A stretch of 64,000 bases of DNA from Candidatus Iainarchaeum sp. (GCA_043803765.1 JAZDJQ010000004.1:1-64000), one strand, 5' to 3'; counted from the stretch's first letter, positions 36,544 to 46,317 are shown. Notes: generated by a model from the letters alone, not told the origin. Numbers and translations: made by a program.

Positions 36544-37193
36544 AGTTGTGTTTTTTTCCCTAATGACTTTATAATATCCTTTAGCCTCGGATCCCTGCTG
36601 AGTTTTCCTCGAATGAGATAAAACAGACTCCGCACCTGCTGCGGGGTGAGCCCCATCTCACTGATCTCCTTTTTCGTCGGAAAATAACCTTTCAACATGA
36701 CATGAACAAAGAAATTGTGTTGTTTAGAGCTTAGGATTTTCTTGGCTACCTTCTTGACAAAATCGAGGGAATCCTTCCATTCCCCCACACGCGAAGGATT
36801 AGTAACCGGGCGAGCCCAAAGAGAACGAATACCTTCTCCCGTTATCTCTCTCGAGGCTGTTCTCTGTTTTTTCATCCTCTTGAGCCACTTGGGAAGCTCC
36901 GAATTCAGAACGATATCGATAAATGTGGTAACCGCCCCACGCGAGGGGTCATACTTTCCAATATATCGCAAAAGCATATTCAACGCTTCCTGTTCCAATT
37001 CCCTGCCTTTAATACCCACTCCTTTCGCACGAGAGTAATAATCATTTTTCTTGCAAAAAGACCTAACATATGAAACATGCTCGGGCAACGTTTCACGAGT
37101 CAGGATTCTTACCCCTCCCCCGCTGGGACGTGGAACCACAGGTCCTCTTTTTCCACTCTTTCCCCGCACAACCCGTTGACGTCGAGGAATCAT
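36531..37193 (-). CDS. sigma-70-like protein (region 2 + region 4) with Arg-rich N-terminus
   Basis: ELEQEALNMLLRYIGKYDPSRGAVTTF resembles region 2; LSSKQ..TKKEISEMGLTPQQVRSL..IRGKL resembles region 4 HTH; AGGTGG SD upstream. Confidence 0.75.
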   Translation of the reverse strand: MIPRRQRVVRGKSGKRGPVVPRPSGGGVRILTRETLPEHVSYVRSFCKKNDYYSRAKGVGIKGRELEQEALNMLLRYIGKYDPSRGAVTTFIDIVLNSELPKWLKRMKKQRTASREITGEGIRSLWARPVTNPSRVGEWKDSLDFVKKVAKKILSSKQHNFFVHVMLKGYFPTKKEISEMGLTPQQVRSLFYLIRGKLSRDPRLKDIIKSLGKKTQLHPQ

Positions 37194-37279
37194 ATCCAAT
37201 CCACCTGATGAAATACCATCCGTCCGTTAGATGGACAATTGACCTTAAATGCTTTCCTTGCCACCCTCATTAGGAAGAG

Positions 37280-37351
37280 AGCCCCGTAGTCTATCGGCTA
37301 GGATGCCACCTTGACATGGTGGAGGGGGCAGTTCGATTCTGCCCGGGGCTA
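37280..37351 (+). tRNA. tRNA-Val(GAC)
   Basis: AGCCCCG/CGGGGCT acceptor, CCACC-TT-GAC-AT-GGTGG anticodon arm, GGCAG-TTCGATT-CTGCC T arm. Confidence 0.93.
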
Positions 37352-37487
37352 TCTTGTTTTGGCTCATCATCACCTTTTACCCAAAAATGCGTTCGGATTC
37401 TTCCCGGGGTGTTTACAGGCAACCTTTTTATCATTCAAATGGAAGGATTTCCATTCCCCTTTTATTCCACTTATTTCCAATCAACGT

Positions 37488-38945
37488 ATGCCCAACCAGG
37501 AAGCTATCGTAGAGAACATCCGAAAACTCAAGGAAATGGGATTAGAGGACGAAGACCTTGTTCATGAATTGGAGAATAGTGGCATCCCCAAAATCCAAGC
37601 GGAACGATGGGTAAGGGAATCAAAAAACCTCACAACCAATGAAAGACCACACGAAGAAAACATTACTCCCAAACTCATTCCACCCAAACAAGAAACCATT
37701 CCAACCTATTCCGCACCGCGCCCGCAAGAATCAATTGAAAAATTATGGGAAAAAGGAATTTTGGCAACAGTCGATTCAAAACTATCCCAAATGGAGAAAT
37801 TGAAAAAAGAATTAGACGACGTGATAGAAAAGCGAGTAAATGCACACTACGAGGTTATGGAAAAAAAACTCGAAACATTATTTCAAGCACAACGAGAACT
37901 TTTTCGCTTTAAGATGGACGCACAGATGGACGCCAAAGTAAAAGACGTGGAAGAAATACTCAACCAAAAAATAGACGAAATACGAAACATCAACACGGCA
38001 ACACAAGAAGACTTGCAACGGATTAAAGGACAGAAAATGATCATCACCGAACTAGTAGCTGACTTAAGCACCAAAACAAAACAATTGGAAGAAACACGAA
38101 GAGAAATAATGGATGAAACGGCAAAAAAACTAGAAGAACTACAAGAAAAAATAGACGCTTTACTTGATGAGACGGATGAACGCATCCGAGGAGTAGAACA
38201 CCGGGCAACCAAAACACTAGAATTAGAAGAAAAAATCACCATCGGATTAACCGAACAGGTAGAAACACAAGCAAACCGAATACTCGAAGACCGAGTAAAA
38301 GACTTGAGACAAGAAATAAAGGACGAAATCATTCAACTCAAAAAAATGGGAGCAGACCTATCATCCAAAGATATTCAAGCAACACTGCAGGAGTTTGCCA
38401 ATATCAATCTAGAAATGAAAAAAACAAAACAGGATATCGAAGGGATGGTATTACGCAAAAGTACGGATATTGATGCTGCGTTAGAAAAGAAAATGATGGA
38501 CGTAGACAAAATAGTAAACACAAAAATGGAAACCATTGTCACTATGAAAGAAAAAGATTTCTTCAAACGCATCGAAGAACAAGCAGGAGAAATGGCTACC
38601 GCCCAAAGGGAATTAGGACAAAAACTATTAGAAGGAGAAACAAAAATACAGAATCTAGACACGTATACAAAACAATTCCTTGAAACGCTCAAAAAAGCAA
38701 ACCTAGAAAGAGAAGACCAGCTCACCGATTTTAGGAAAAAACTAGAAGAATTCGAATCACGCGCAGGAGAAAAAATGGCACTTCTAGAATCACGAACCAA
38801 ACAACTCGATATTATTGTAAGCCAATTATCCCAACTCATGATTCAATGGAAAACACAAATGGATACAACAAAAGAAACAAATAAAAAACAAGAAAATCCA
38901 GCAACACAAGAAAAGAAAACAGGATTCGGAATATTCGGAAAATAA
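37488..38945 (+). CDS. long coiled-coil protein with C-terminal FGIFGK motif
   Basis: Start at MPNQEA; about 380 aa of E/K/Q heptads; no ATPase motif. Confidence 0.85.
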   Translation: MPNQEAIVENIRKLKEMGLEDEDLVHELENSGIPKIQAERWVRESKNLTTNERPHEENITPKLIPPKQETIPTYSAPRPQESIEKLWEKGILATVDSKLSQMEKLKKELDDVIEKRVNAHYEVMEKKLETLFQAQRELFRFKMDAQMDAKVKDVEEILNQKIDEIRNINTATQEDLQRIKGQKMIITELVADLSTKTKQLEETRREIMDETAKKLEELQEKIDALLDETDERIRGVEHRATKTLELEEKITIGLTEQVETQANRILEDRVKDLRQEIKDEIIQLKKMGADLSSKDIQATLQEFANINLEMKKTKQDIEGMVLRKSTDIDAALEKKMMDVDKIVNTKMETIVTMKEKDFFKRIEEQAGEMATAQRELGQKLLEGETKIQNLDTYTKQFLETLKKANLEREDQLTDFRKKLEEFESRAGEKMALLESRTKQLDIIVSQLSQLMIQWKTQMDTTKETNKKQENPATQEKKTGFGIFGK

Positions 38946-39074
38946 AAGAAAAGGAGTTTATAGGGCAAAAGGGCAATTTTTAATGGTTTCTCACAACTCT
39001 TGAAAGGATTGAGCCGATCGGTCTATCAAACGCAAGCAAAGATAGTCTGTTAGCCTCAACCAATAAACGCAGTT

Positions 39075-39146
39075 GGGCGCTTGGCGCAACGGTAGCGCGC
39101 TTCCATGGCATGGAAGAGGTTGGGGGTTCAAATCCCCCAGCGTCCA
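39075..39146 (+). tRNA. tRNA-Ala(GGC)
   Basis: GGGCGCT/AGCGTCC with G3-U70, CTTCC-AT-GGC-AT-GGAAG, GGGGG-TTCAAAT-CCCCC. Confidence 0.95.
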
Positions 39147-39241
39147 TCATATATTTGGATATCGCATCATGATGAATTCTGACAAGCATTTCTTTTGACC
39201 GGGCGCGACTTTTCTTTTCTAAAGAAAAGGGGTGCGTTCCG

Positions 39242-39257
39242 AATCCCCCAGCGTCCA
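39242..39257 (+). repeat. 16-bp direct repeat of the tRNA-Ala 3' end (att-like)
   Basis: AATCCCCCAGCGTCCA at 39131-39146 and 39242-39257. Confidence 0.85.
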
Positions 39258-39258
39258 C

Positions 39259-39597
39259 TTACTCTTTTTTTGAAAAACACGCGCAGGGCTTTCCACGGAG
39301 CCGACGCTTTTGTTCAGCAAGTGAATCAATCAACTCATCCTGGAAAGCAAGCCCTTTGGCGTGGCGCTTTTCCAAAGGAGATTTGTGCGCGCAGCCCCGT
39401 TTCTCCATTTCCACAACCAACGCATCATGACGCTTAAATAAGGCACGCAGTTTCCCCGCCCAGCGCTTTGTTTCGGGATGATGCAAATAACCTTTCTTTT
39501 TGTTCACATAAATTGACCAGATGGCATGCAGTTCGCGGTGCTCCCCAAGCAAGTGGACGCGACAAAGCCGACTAGGTGGAATATCCCAGATACGCAC
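39259..39597 (-). CDS. pyrimidine dimer DNA glycosylase / T4 endonuclease V family
   Basis: MRIW..LCRVHLLGEHRELH, HPETKRW, RHDALVVEMEKRG..HKSPL. Confidence 0.9.
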   Translation of the reverse strand: MRIWDIPPSRLCRVHLLGEHRELHAIWSIYVNKKKGYLHHPETKRWAGKLRALFKRHDALVVEMEKRGCAHKSPLEKRHAKGLAFQDELIDSLAEQKRRLRGKPCACFSKKE

Positions 39598-39609
39598 AGA
39601 TGTATCCGG

Positions 39610-39849
39610 CTACGGAGAAATTAAAAGAATATTATCTCCGCGCAACACGACTTTCCCGTATTTTGTCTTGGGCTGGCCGTTCTCGAGCGATTCTGCATCC
39701 TCAAGCACGAGGTTCATGTGTACATCGAATGCTTTCAACACACCCCGAACGGACATGTTTCCTTTCAATTCAACTAATACGTTTTTTCCAATGCTGTCAC
39801 TCAACCAATCAAATGGACGCGAAACAGAATTGCTTGCGGTATTATTCAT
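39610..39849 (-). CDS. Sm-like archaeal protein (SmAP/Lsm)
   Basis: RPFDWL, GVLKAFDVHMNLVL, VVLRGDNILLISP. Confidence 0.96.
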   Translation of the reverse strand: MNNTASNSVSRPFDWLSDSIGKNVLVELKGNMSVRGVLKAFDVHMNLVLEDAESLENGQPKTKYGKVVLRGDNILLISP

Positions 39850-39895
39850 TATTTTTTCCTCCTTTTATCTTGGAAAAGATTCCAAAAAGATGATA

Positions 39896-40726
39896 CTATA
39901 CTTTGACTTCCTCGACACCCGCTGTTTTAGAATGATGCCCACCAAACAACTTAGAAAAGAAACGAATGATTCCAGCAAAAATACCCGGAGAGCTCTTTGC
40001 TTCTGCCTGCACGGGCAATCCTGCCAAACGAGCAGCCAATCGCTGAATCTCAACCGATGACTTGGCTTGAGGATTGCGCAACATCACCGGATCCGTCTTG
40101 TCACGCTGGAAAGAATGACGCATCTCATCATCATACGGAATGGTGGCATACACTGGAAGTTCCATCATACGCGATACTTCATCCTTTGAAATTTCCCCTT
40201 TCTCAAAATGAACCATGTTCAACACAACCCCTAATGGTTTACTCCCTAAACGCTGCGCCACAATCTTTGTCTTCAACACATCCGCAATAGAAGGAGAATC
40301 AGGAGTAGCAATAAGCAGGCATTCCTCTGTTGCCGCAATCGACGCAAGAACACTTTTTTCTATGCCCGCAGGACCATCCAACAAAACAAAATCAAACTTG
40401 TGCTGTATCGCCTTGATAACGCTTGCCAGCCTATCCGCATCCACACGACGATAATTTTCAAGACTCAAACCAGAAGGAATAAGCTTCACACCCGCAGGAC
40501 CATCATAAATAGCATCCTGCACCCCCGCTTCGCCTAACAACACATCATGCAACGTAATAGGAGAAGACTGCATTCCTAACAACAAGGAAAGATTCGCCAT
40601 GGCAATATCCGCATCGACTAAACAAACATTCATCCCCCTCTTAGAAAGAGCAATCCCCAAATTGGCGGCGATGCTCGTCTTCCCAACGCCCCCTTTCCCT
40701 GAAACAATCGTGATACTTCTACCCAT
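39896..40726 (-). CDS. minD: archaeal MinD-family ATPase
   Basis: SGKGGVGKT, DADIAMANL, DGPAG, C-terminal amphipathic IFAGIIRFFSKLFG. Confidence 0.93.
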   Translation of the reverse strand: MGRSITIVSGKGGVGKTSIAANLGIALSKRGMNVCLVDADIAMANLSLLLGMQSSPITLHDVLLGEAGVQDAIYDGPAGVKLIPSGLSLENYRRVDADRLASVIKAIQHKFDFVLLDGPAGIEKSVLASIAATEECLLIATPDSPSIADVLKTKIVAQRLGSKPLGVVLNMVHFEKGEISKDEVSRMMELPVYATIPYDDEMRHSFQRDKTDPVMLRNPQAKSSVEIQRLAARLAGLPVQAEAKSSPGIFAGIIRFFSKLFGGHHSKTAGVEEVKV

Positions 40727-40802
40727 ACTCGTTCACCGAACAACGGACGGAATACACTCATAACATACACGGGTCATTTTAAATCATCCCACTCAAAGGG
40801 GG

Positions 40803-41276
40803 TTATTCCCCATGCGCCTTCAAAAAGGACTCTATTTCCTTCGCCAATGCCTGCAACTCTACTCTCGTCATATCACTCGCTGCCCGAATAATGTAGACTT
40901 TACCATTGTAGGGGAAAACCATGAACCAGTTTTCCTTATCCTTTATCAAAATAGTCTCGCTTTCCGGGAGCTCGGTTTTAATATAATTAAACATGGCACT
41001 CCCAATAATCGCCTCAGAAAAATCATTCCCGTCCGTTGAAATAACAATGCTCCCATTGGGAGAACAAATACAAATGCTATCCACCAAATGCTTTTTCTTC
41101 ATACTCTGAATCAAGTCCTGCATGGAAGTCGTGTTCAACTCGAACTTATGACGAGAAAGAAAATGATTAAGCAAATGCATCTGATCTTGAGAAGGGCCCT
41201 CTTCTTCCACATCCAATACTTTGCGTGTTATTCCCCGAACCAATGAACGAACCCTGTGCATCACCATCAATACCAC
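40803..41276 (-). CDS. hypothetical protein, Roadblock/profilin-like alpha/beta pattern
   Basis: DSICICSPNGSIVIST, helix, three strands, C-terminal helix. Confidence 0.6.
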   Translation of the reverse strand: MVLMVMHRVRSLVRGITRKVLDVEEEGPSQDQMHLLNHFLSRHKFELNTTSMQDLIQSMKKKHLVDSICICSPNGSIVISTDGNDFSEAIIGSAMFNYIKTELPESETILIKDKENWFMVFPYNGKVYIIRAASDMTRVELQALAKEIESFLKAHGE

Positions 41277-41294
41277 AACCTTTTCCTCACATTA

Positions 41295-41795
41295 TTACTT
41301 CCCATCAATTCCTGATAAACCAAACTTTTGAAACAATGATTCTTTCGTCTGCGGTAAAGCCGTTTTAGCACTAGAAGAAATTTTTTCCCCAAGAGTGGAA
41401 TCATATTCCTCCTTCACAAGAGACTTGAGTTGGCTTTTAGCAAGCGGTTTGGAAAACTTGATTGACGCATTAAACGCAGTAACCAAATCCACTTGCTGCA
41501 CCGACAAATCCATCACATCAATCACACCACTCTTAGAAGCAAAAGCATTGAACACATGAACAAGAGAATCATCCCCATTCAACGTAGCATGAGAACCATA
41601 ATACTCATACGATGCACCAATTCCCTGACCATTCCTAAACAATAAAGCAGATTCCTCAATACCATTCAAGCCCAGCAACGTTTCAATCGTGTAACCGGAA
41701 AAATTATTCAATGAAAGATTTTCCAACTCCTGCCTCGCAGGAAAAGAAACAATCGACTTCCCTGCCGTCCGCAATACGCCCGTGGGTAGATTCAT
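41295..41795 (-). CDS. DUF2226-like protein
   Basis: MNLPTG start, FSGY, LLFRNG, KESLFQKFGL end; upstream of minD. Confidence 0.7.
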   Translation of the reverse strand: MNLPTGVLRTAGKSIVSFPARQELENLSLNNFSGYTIETLLGLNGIEESALLFRNGQGIGASYEYYGSHATLNGDDSLVHVFNAFASKSGVIDVMDLSVQQVDLVTAFNASIKFSKPLAKSQLKSLVKEEYDSTLGEKISSSAKTALPQTKESLFQKFGLSGIDGK

Positions 41796-41934
41796 AGATG
41801 GTTAACCCTCAAATAGGGCTAACGATTACTAGATTATTAAGCATAAGGGGTCTATTTATCCCAATAAAGAAGGCGGAACCCGCATTCCTTAAAAATAAAC
41901 CGCACCCGTCCTCTATCACCCAAGTGAACAACGC

Positions 41935-42324
41935 ATGAGCGAAATCAAATTTGTGAACGTAGGGCATTTACGCGAAGGAGGATATGTCATGATTGACGGA
42001 TTCGTCTGCCAAATCAAAGACATGGAAAAATCCAAACCCGGAAAACATGGAAGCGCAAAAGCACGCATCACCGCCATCGGCGTATTTGACAATCAAAAAA
42101 GAAACCTCATGGCGCCCGTACACGCGGACGCAGAAGTACCCGTAGTTGAAAGAGGAAACGCCCAAGTGGTTGCCGTCATGGGAGGACAAATCCAAATAAT
42201 GGACGTGACAACATACGAAACACACAACGTGGCAAAACCCGCTGAACTAAAAGACCTAAAATCAGGAGACGAAGTAGAATACCTACGATACGACCTGAAC
42301 TTTAAGATATTACGAAAGAGATAA
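41935..42324 (+). CDS. eif5a: translation factor aIF5A
   Basis: Hypusine-site motif SKPGKHGSAK. Confidence 0.97.
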   Translation: MSEIKFVNVGHLREGGYVMIDGFVCQIKDMEKSKPGKHGSAKARITAIGVFDNQKRNLMAPVHADAEVPVVERGNAQVVAVMGGQIQIMDVTTYETHNVAKPAELKDLKSGDEVEYLRYDLNFKILRKR

Positions 42325-42404
42325 AAAAAAATTGCGTCGCTATTCCAGGCAAGGAAGCGAAAAAGGTATATAAAGAAAGGGCGGCTCTTTCCCAACGATT
42401 CAGC

Positions 42405-44096
42405 ATGAGGGCACCTTTGATTCTATTCACGTTGCTGTTACTTGTTATTCTACCCGGATTGGTATCTGCAAAAATTGTGTGTAAGACGTCTGACTCGATA
42501 TCAGATGGAATCGTAGTCGTCAAGTTATCTGCCCCTACTAATGCTCATGCGGAAACGTATAATTATTCGGGCGGAATATATCCCATTAAGATTCGGTGTA
42601 AGGAAGACACGGGAGTTAGTCTCGATAATGGAATAGCTGGATCCGTGACATTGATGCAGTTGAGCACTATCACAAACGCACACGCACAAACTAACGGGTC
42701 TGGGGGAACGTATACCATCAATGTAAATGTTGGGGAGAGTGAGGGGGGAAATTTGGAAGTGCAGACAGTAACTGCCCCATTGAACTGCAGTAATCTTGGA
42801 ACAGAATGGGATGATGTAGTCCACTTATCTGGAACTACCAATGCCCACCTCGAGGCACCGGAACAATCAAACTACTCTATCTACCTATGTTTGCGATATG
42901 ATAGTGGTGGAGTGCCCGTTGAGCCAACGGAAAACATTGTTTCTGTCAAGATTCCTAATAAAACGGGAATCCTAACTTCAATCAATGATAATGAAGAACT
43001 TAGTATTCCAATTAACCTAAAAAAAGAAGCCATTAATTCCTTAAATATAAACACGAGGGAAATAATTATAGCAAGTGTTTGTAATTTAGATATATCATCG
43101 TGCCAAACTGCAACCGACTTTCAGAAATATCTTGTAGGCATCATAAATGATGGGACTTCTCCAACATGGAGTGGAACTGTTTTTACCAATAGAAAAGGAA
43201 CAGCATATGGAATTTACACTCTAATATCCCCGCTTACAAATATACCAATAAACTTAAACGATATAATACGAATTGAATCATCTCCGGGTGTTTATGCCGC
43301 AAATATCGAGGCATTAGGAGGAATATACAATTATTTCTATATTGTGAATCCAACTACTATGAGTCTTTCCCCCGGAAATTATCGTTTCCATGCAGTAGGA
43401 TTATGGGGGGAATATGATTATTCGGGTGGAACCAGTAATAAAGCAGAAACACAAGCGTATGCTAATTCAGATAACTTTGACTATTTTGATTTTGAAATAA
43501 AAGACTCGAGCGGTCCCGGCCCGGGCGGTCCCGATGGAACCGGCGGTGACATCTTCTCCATTAAGGATATTTCGTTTGTCCCCAATCCACCAATCGAGGG
43601 AGGGAATATTGTAGCCAATATTACCATTTTGAATAAGCAAACGGATATCACTGCCACCAACGCGACAATATTAAATGTGGTCATCCGGGATGGAGATGGA
43701 AATCCTATTCCGGGAACCCCAAATGATTATTTCACGCAACAACAAATTACATTTGACTCTGTTTTCCCCGAAAAAACCATCCCCATCCAAATCTCCACCG
43801 CCGGCATTGCTGATGCGTTCGCCCCCGGGGAAACGTTTACGTTGTATGCGAGCATCGACCCGTATGTGGAATCCCCGCCCGTTGGAGAAAAAGATGACAG
43901 TGAAACCATTACCGGCAACAATTCGGCTTTCCGTACGTTTACGGTGGTGAATCCACAGAGAGCAATCAGTGTTCCGGATGCACCGTGGTGGATGGCGTTG
44001 GTGGTGGTGGGAATAGTGTTAGGATGGATGTTCGTATCCACTCGCTCAACGAAAACATTACGAGGAAGAAGGGGAAAATTCGCGTTTGACAAATAA
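42405..44096 (+). CDS. secreted, C-terminally membrane-anchored surface protein with three LSxxTNAH repeats and a CARDB/Ig-like domain
   Basis: Signal peptide; repeats; ETITGNN CARDB-like end; VPD + TM helix + basic tail. Confidence 0.8.
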   Translation: MRAPLILFTLLLLVILPGLVSAKIVCKTSDSISDGIVVVKLSAPTNAHAETYNYSGGIYPIKIRCKEDTGVSLDNGIAGSVTLMQLSTITNAHAQTNGSGGTYTINVNVGESEGGNLEVQTVTAPLNCSNLGTEWDDVVHLSGTTNAHLEAPEQSNYSIYLCLRYDSGGVPVEPTENIVSVKIPNKTGILTSINDNEELSIPINLKKEAINSLNINTREIIIASVCNLDISSCQTATDFQKYLVGIINDGTSPTWSGTVFTNRKGTAYGIYTLISPLTNIPINLNDIIRIESSPGVYAANIEALGGIYNYFYIVNPTTMSLSPGNYRFHAVGLWGEYDYSGGTSNKAETQAYANSDNFDYFDFEIKDSSGPGPGGPDGTGGDIFSIKDISFVPNPPIEGGNIVANITILNKQTDITATNATILNVVIRDGDGNPIPGTPNDYFTQQQITFDSVFPEKTIPIQISTAGIADAFAPGETFTLYASIDPYVESPPVGEKDDSETITGNNSAFRTFTVVNPQRAISVPDAPWWMALVVVGIVLGWMFVSTRSTKTLRGRRGKFAFDK

Positions 44097-45590
44097 TACG
44101 TTTCCTTTCCTTATTTTTTTCTCCCCCATTTTGGCAGGATGCTGAAGAACAGTATAGTGCGGCTCATCCAGCCCGAACTGCGTGCGGATTTCTACGCTGG
44201 ATTTGGGAAGAACCGGATAGATAAGAATGGATAGTTGCCTCAACAATTCTACTTCCGTTGCAAGAAGTTTCTCTACCTCGGCACGCTTCCCTTCCTTCAT
44301 TAGTTTCCATGGTTCCTTATCCGCAATATACTTGTTTCCCAATGCGACTATTTTCCACGCATACTGTAAACCATTCTGAATGTCATGCGAGAGAAAAGAA
44401 AGATAGGATTGCTGCGCATGCTCATTGGACTGAGAAAGAATTTCCATATCTAAATCAATGAGAGGAATAACACTATTACAATACTTTTCAATCATCGACA
44501 ACACGCGGTAAACAAGATTACCCAAACCATCCGCTAATTCCGTATTATTCCGCTCGATGAGATTTTTTTCACTGAATGACATGTCGTTTCCCAAAGGGGA
44601 CTCGCGCAATAAATAGTAACGCAATGGTTCAACACCGTATTTTTCCATTATGAGTAATGGATCCACCACATTCCCCTTCGATTTAGACATTTTTTCCCCA
44701 TGCTCATCATTCACAAAACCGTGCACGAGAATCTGTTTAGGCAATGCAATCCCCACACTCATAAGCATGGCCGGCCAAAGCAAAGAATGAAAGCGGCTAA
44801 TGTCCATCCCAATCACGTGAACATCGGCAGGCCAATAATCCGTATAGGACTTATCAGGATAACCGCAAACCGTGAGATAATTCACAAGAGCATCTCCCCA
44901 AACATAAATCGTATGATCCTTGTTTATGGGAGTGGGAACACCCCATGAAACAGATTTGCGGGAAAAAGAAATATCATTCAATCCCTTTTTCATGAACTGC
45001 TCCATCTCGTTTTTCCTAAACGGAGGAAAAATGTTGTGTGAATGCTGGGCATACCACTGCTCCAATTTCTCTTGATACGCACTCCACTTGAAAAAATAAC
45101 TTTCCTCTTTTACTTTCTCTACTTCCTTTCCGCAATGGGGATTGGGACAAAACTTTTTACCATCACGATCAACTAGGTCTTTTTCCGTCCAAAAAGTCTC
45201 ATCACTCACGCAATACCAGCCCTCATACATATCGGGATAGATGTCATCCGCATCAAACAATGATTGGAAAAAAAACTGGGCCGCTTTCACATGCTCTGAA
45301 TTAGTAGTTCGAATAAACGTATCATAGGAAATAGAAGCCATATCAAAAAGACGCTGAAACTCAACCGCCATTTGGTCAACATACTGCTGGGTTTCCATCC
45401 CAGCACCCTTTGCCGCCTTCTGGACTTTCTCCCCGTGCTCGTCCACCCCTACACTAAAAAGAACTTTTTCTCCATTCAAGCGGTGGATGCGCGCAATAAC
45501 ATCCGCAATGGTTTTCTCATAAATATGCCCCATGTGAAGCTTCGCATTAGGATAATCGATGGCACAGGAAACGAAAAAAACCTTGGACAT
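44058..45590 (-). CDS. metG: methionine--tRNA ligase (short form)
   Basis: YPNAKLHMGH, GVDEHG, YVWGDAL, DISRFH, KMSKS. Confidence 0.96.
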   Translation of the reverse strand: MSKVFFVSCAIDYPNAKLHMGHIYEKTIADVIARIHRLNGEKVLFSVGVDEHGEKVQKAAKGAGMETQQYVDQMAVEFQRLFDMASISYDTFIRTTNSEHVKAAQFFFQSLFDADDIYPDMYEGWYCVSDETFWTEKDLVDRDGKKFCPNPHCGKEVEKVKEESYFFKWSAYQEKLEQWYAQHSHNIFPPFRKNEMEQFMKKGLNDISFSRKSVSWGVPTPINKDHTIYVWGDALVNYLTVCGYPDKSYTDYWPADVHVIGMDISRFHSLLWPAMLMSVGIALPKQILVHGFVNDEHGEKMSKSKGNVVDPLLIMEKYGVEPLRYYLLRESPLGNDMSFSEKNLIERNNTELADGLGNLVYRVLSMIEKYCNSVIPLIDLDMEILSQSNEHAQQSYLSFLSHDIQNGLQYAWKIVALGNKYIADKEPWKLMKEGKRAEVEKLLATEVELLRQLSILIYPVLPKSSVEIRTQFGLDEPHYTVLQHPAKMGEKKIRKGNVLFVKREFSPSSS

Positions 45591-45776
45591 AGAACGGAAG
45601 GATAAGGAGGGGCTTTTAATAATGACCCTTGTCCTGCCGGTTTTCATCGAAGTTGATAAAAAAGGATTAATACTGCTCTATCTCCCAAATGGATACGATA
45701 CATTTGCCTCCCGAATAATCTTATCCAATACTTCCGAGTGAAACCAACCAATTTTTCGAAGCTTGAAAGAGTGGAT

Positions 45777-46253
45777 TCATTGTTCGAGCAACTTTTTTCC
45801 CGCAGTCAGTCTTCTGTGTAATATTTCTCGTTGACGCTTTAACCTAACCAGAAAATCCGATGCTCTCCCCCCGCTGTTTGGAACTCGGGACGCACTTAGA
45901 AGATACTTCCGTATTTCACGCAGTCCACCATCGATTTGGTCGATGCGTGCTTGTAGAAAACCAAGCGCTCGAATTAATTTTTGGTAATCAAACTTTTTTG
46001 TTCTGATTGCTTCCTTCACATAGTTAATAGTCTCCCTTTCTTTGGGATTGATATATGGTCTTCGCGGTGAAGAAAAACTTTGCATTAATTTGATTACTCT
46101 TAGCAATCCTTCCTGCCTTTCATTGAAAATATCAAGTCGTGCAGTATGCCTTACATCCTCTTCTTGGGCTTTGTAAAAAGGATCCCCTTTTTGTGCCCGG
46201 TGCCGTGGAAAACGAGTCCACTGCCCATTTCTGCGTTTCGAAAACGAACTCAT
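45777..46253 (-). CDS. highly basic orphan protein
   Basis: 158-aa Arg/Lys-rich helical ORF, no competing ORF. Confidence 0.65.
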   Translation of the reverse strand: MSSFSKRRNGQWTRFPRHRAQKGDPFYKAQEEDVRHTARLDIFNERQEGLLRVIKLMQSFSSPRRPYINPKERETINYVKEAIRTKKFDYQKLIRALGFLQARIDQIDGGLREIRKYLLSASRVPNSGGRASDFLVRLKRQREILHRRLTAGKKLLEQ

Positions 46254-46317
46254 TCTAGCTTGTCGTTATTCATCTTTTTAACTTTAGAGGAGGCTTGCGC
46301 ATCGTCGAGAATAGTTT

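Noticed and set aside
37311-37487. N-terminal extension of the coiled-coil ORF
   Set aside because: Overlaps tRNA-Val; ATG 37488 is the more plausible start.
37488-38945. SMC/Rad50 or chemoreceptor call for the coiled-coil protein
   Set aside because: No Walker motifs, zinc hook, hinge or MCP signalling hairpin.
38980-39258. 92-aa ORF with repeated MDAGGF
   Set aside because: Antisense reading of tRNA-Ala and its 3' duplication.
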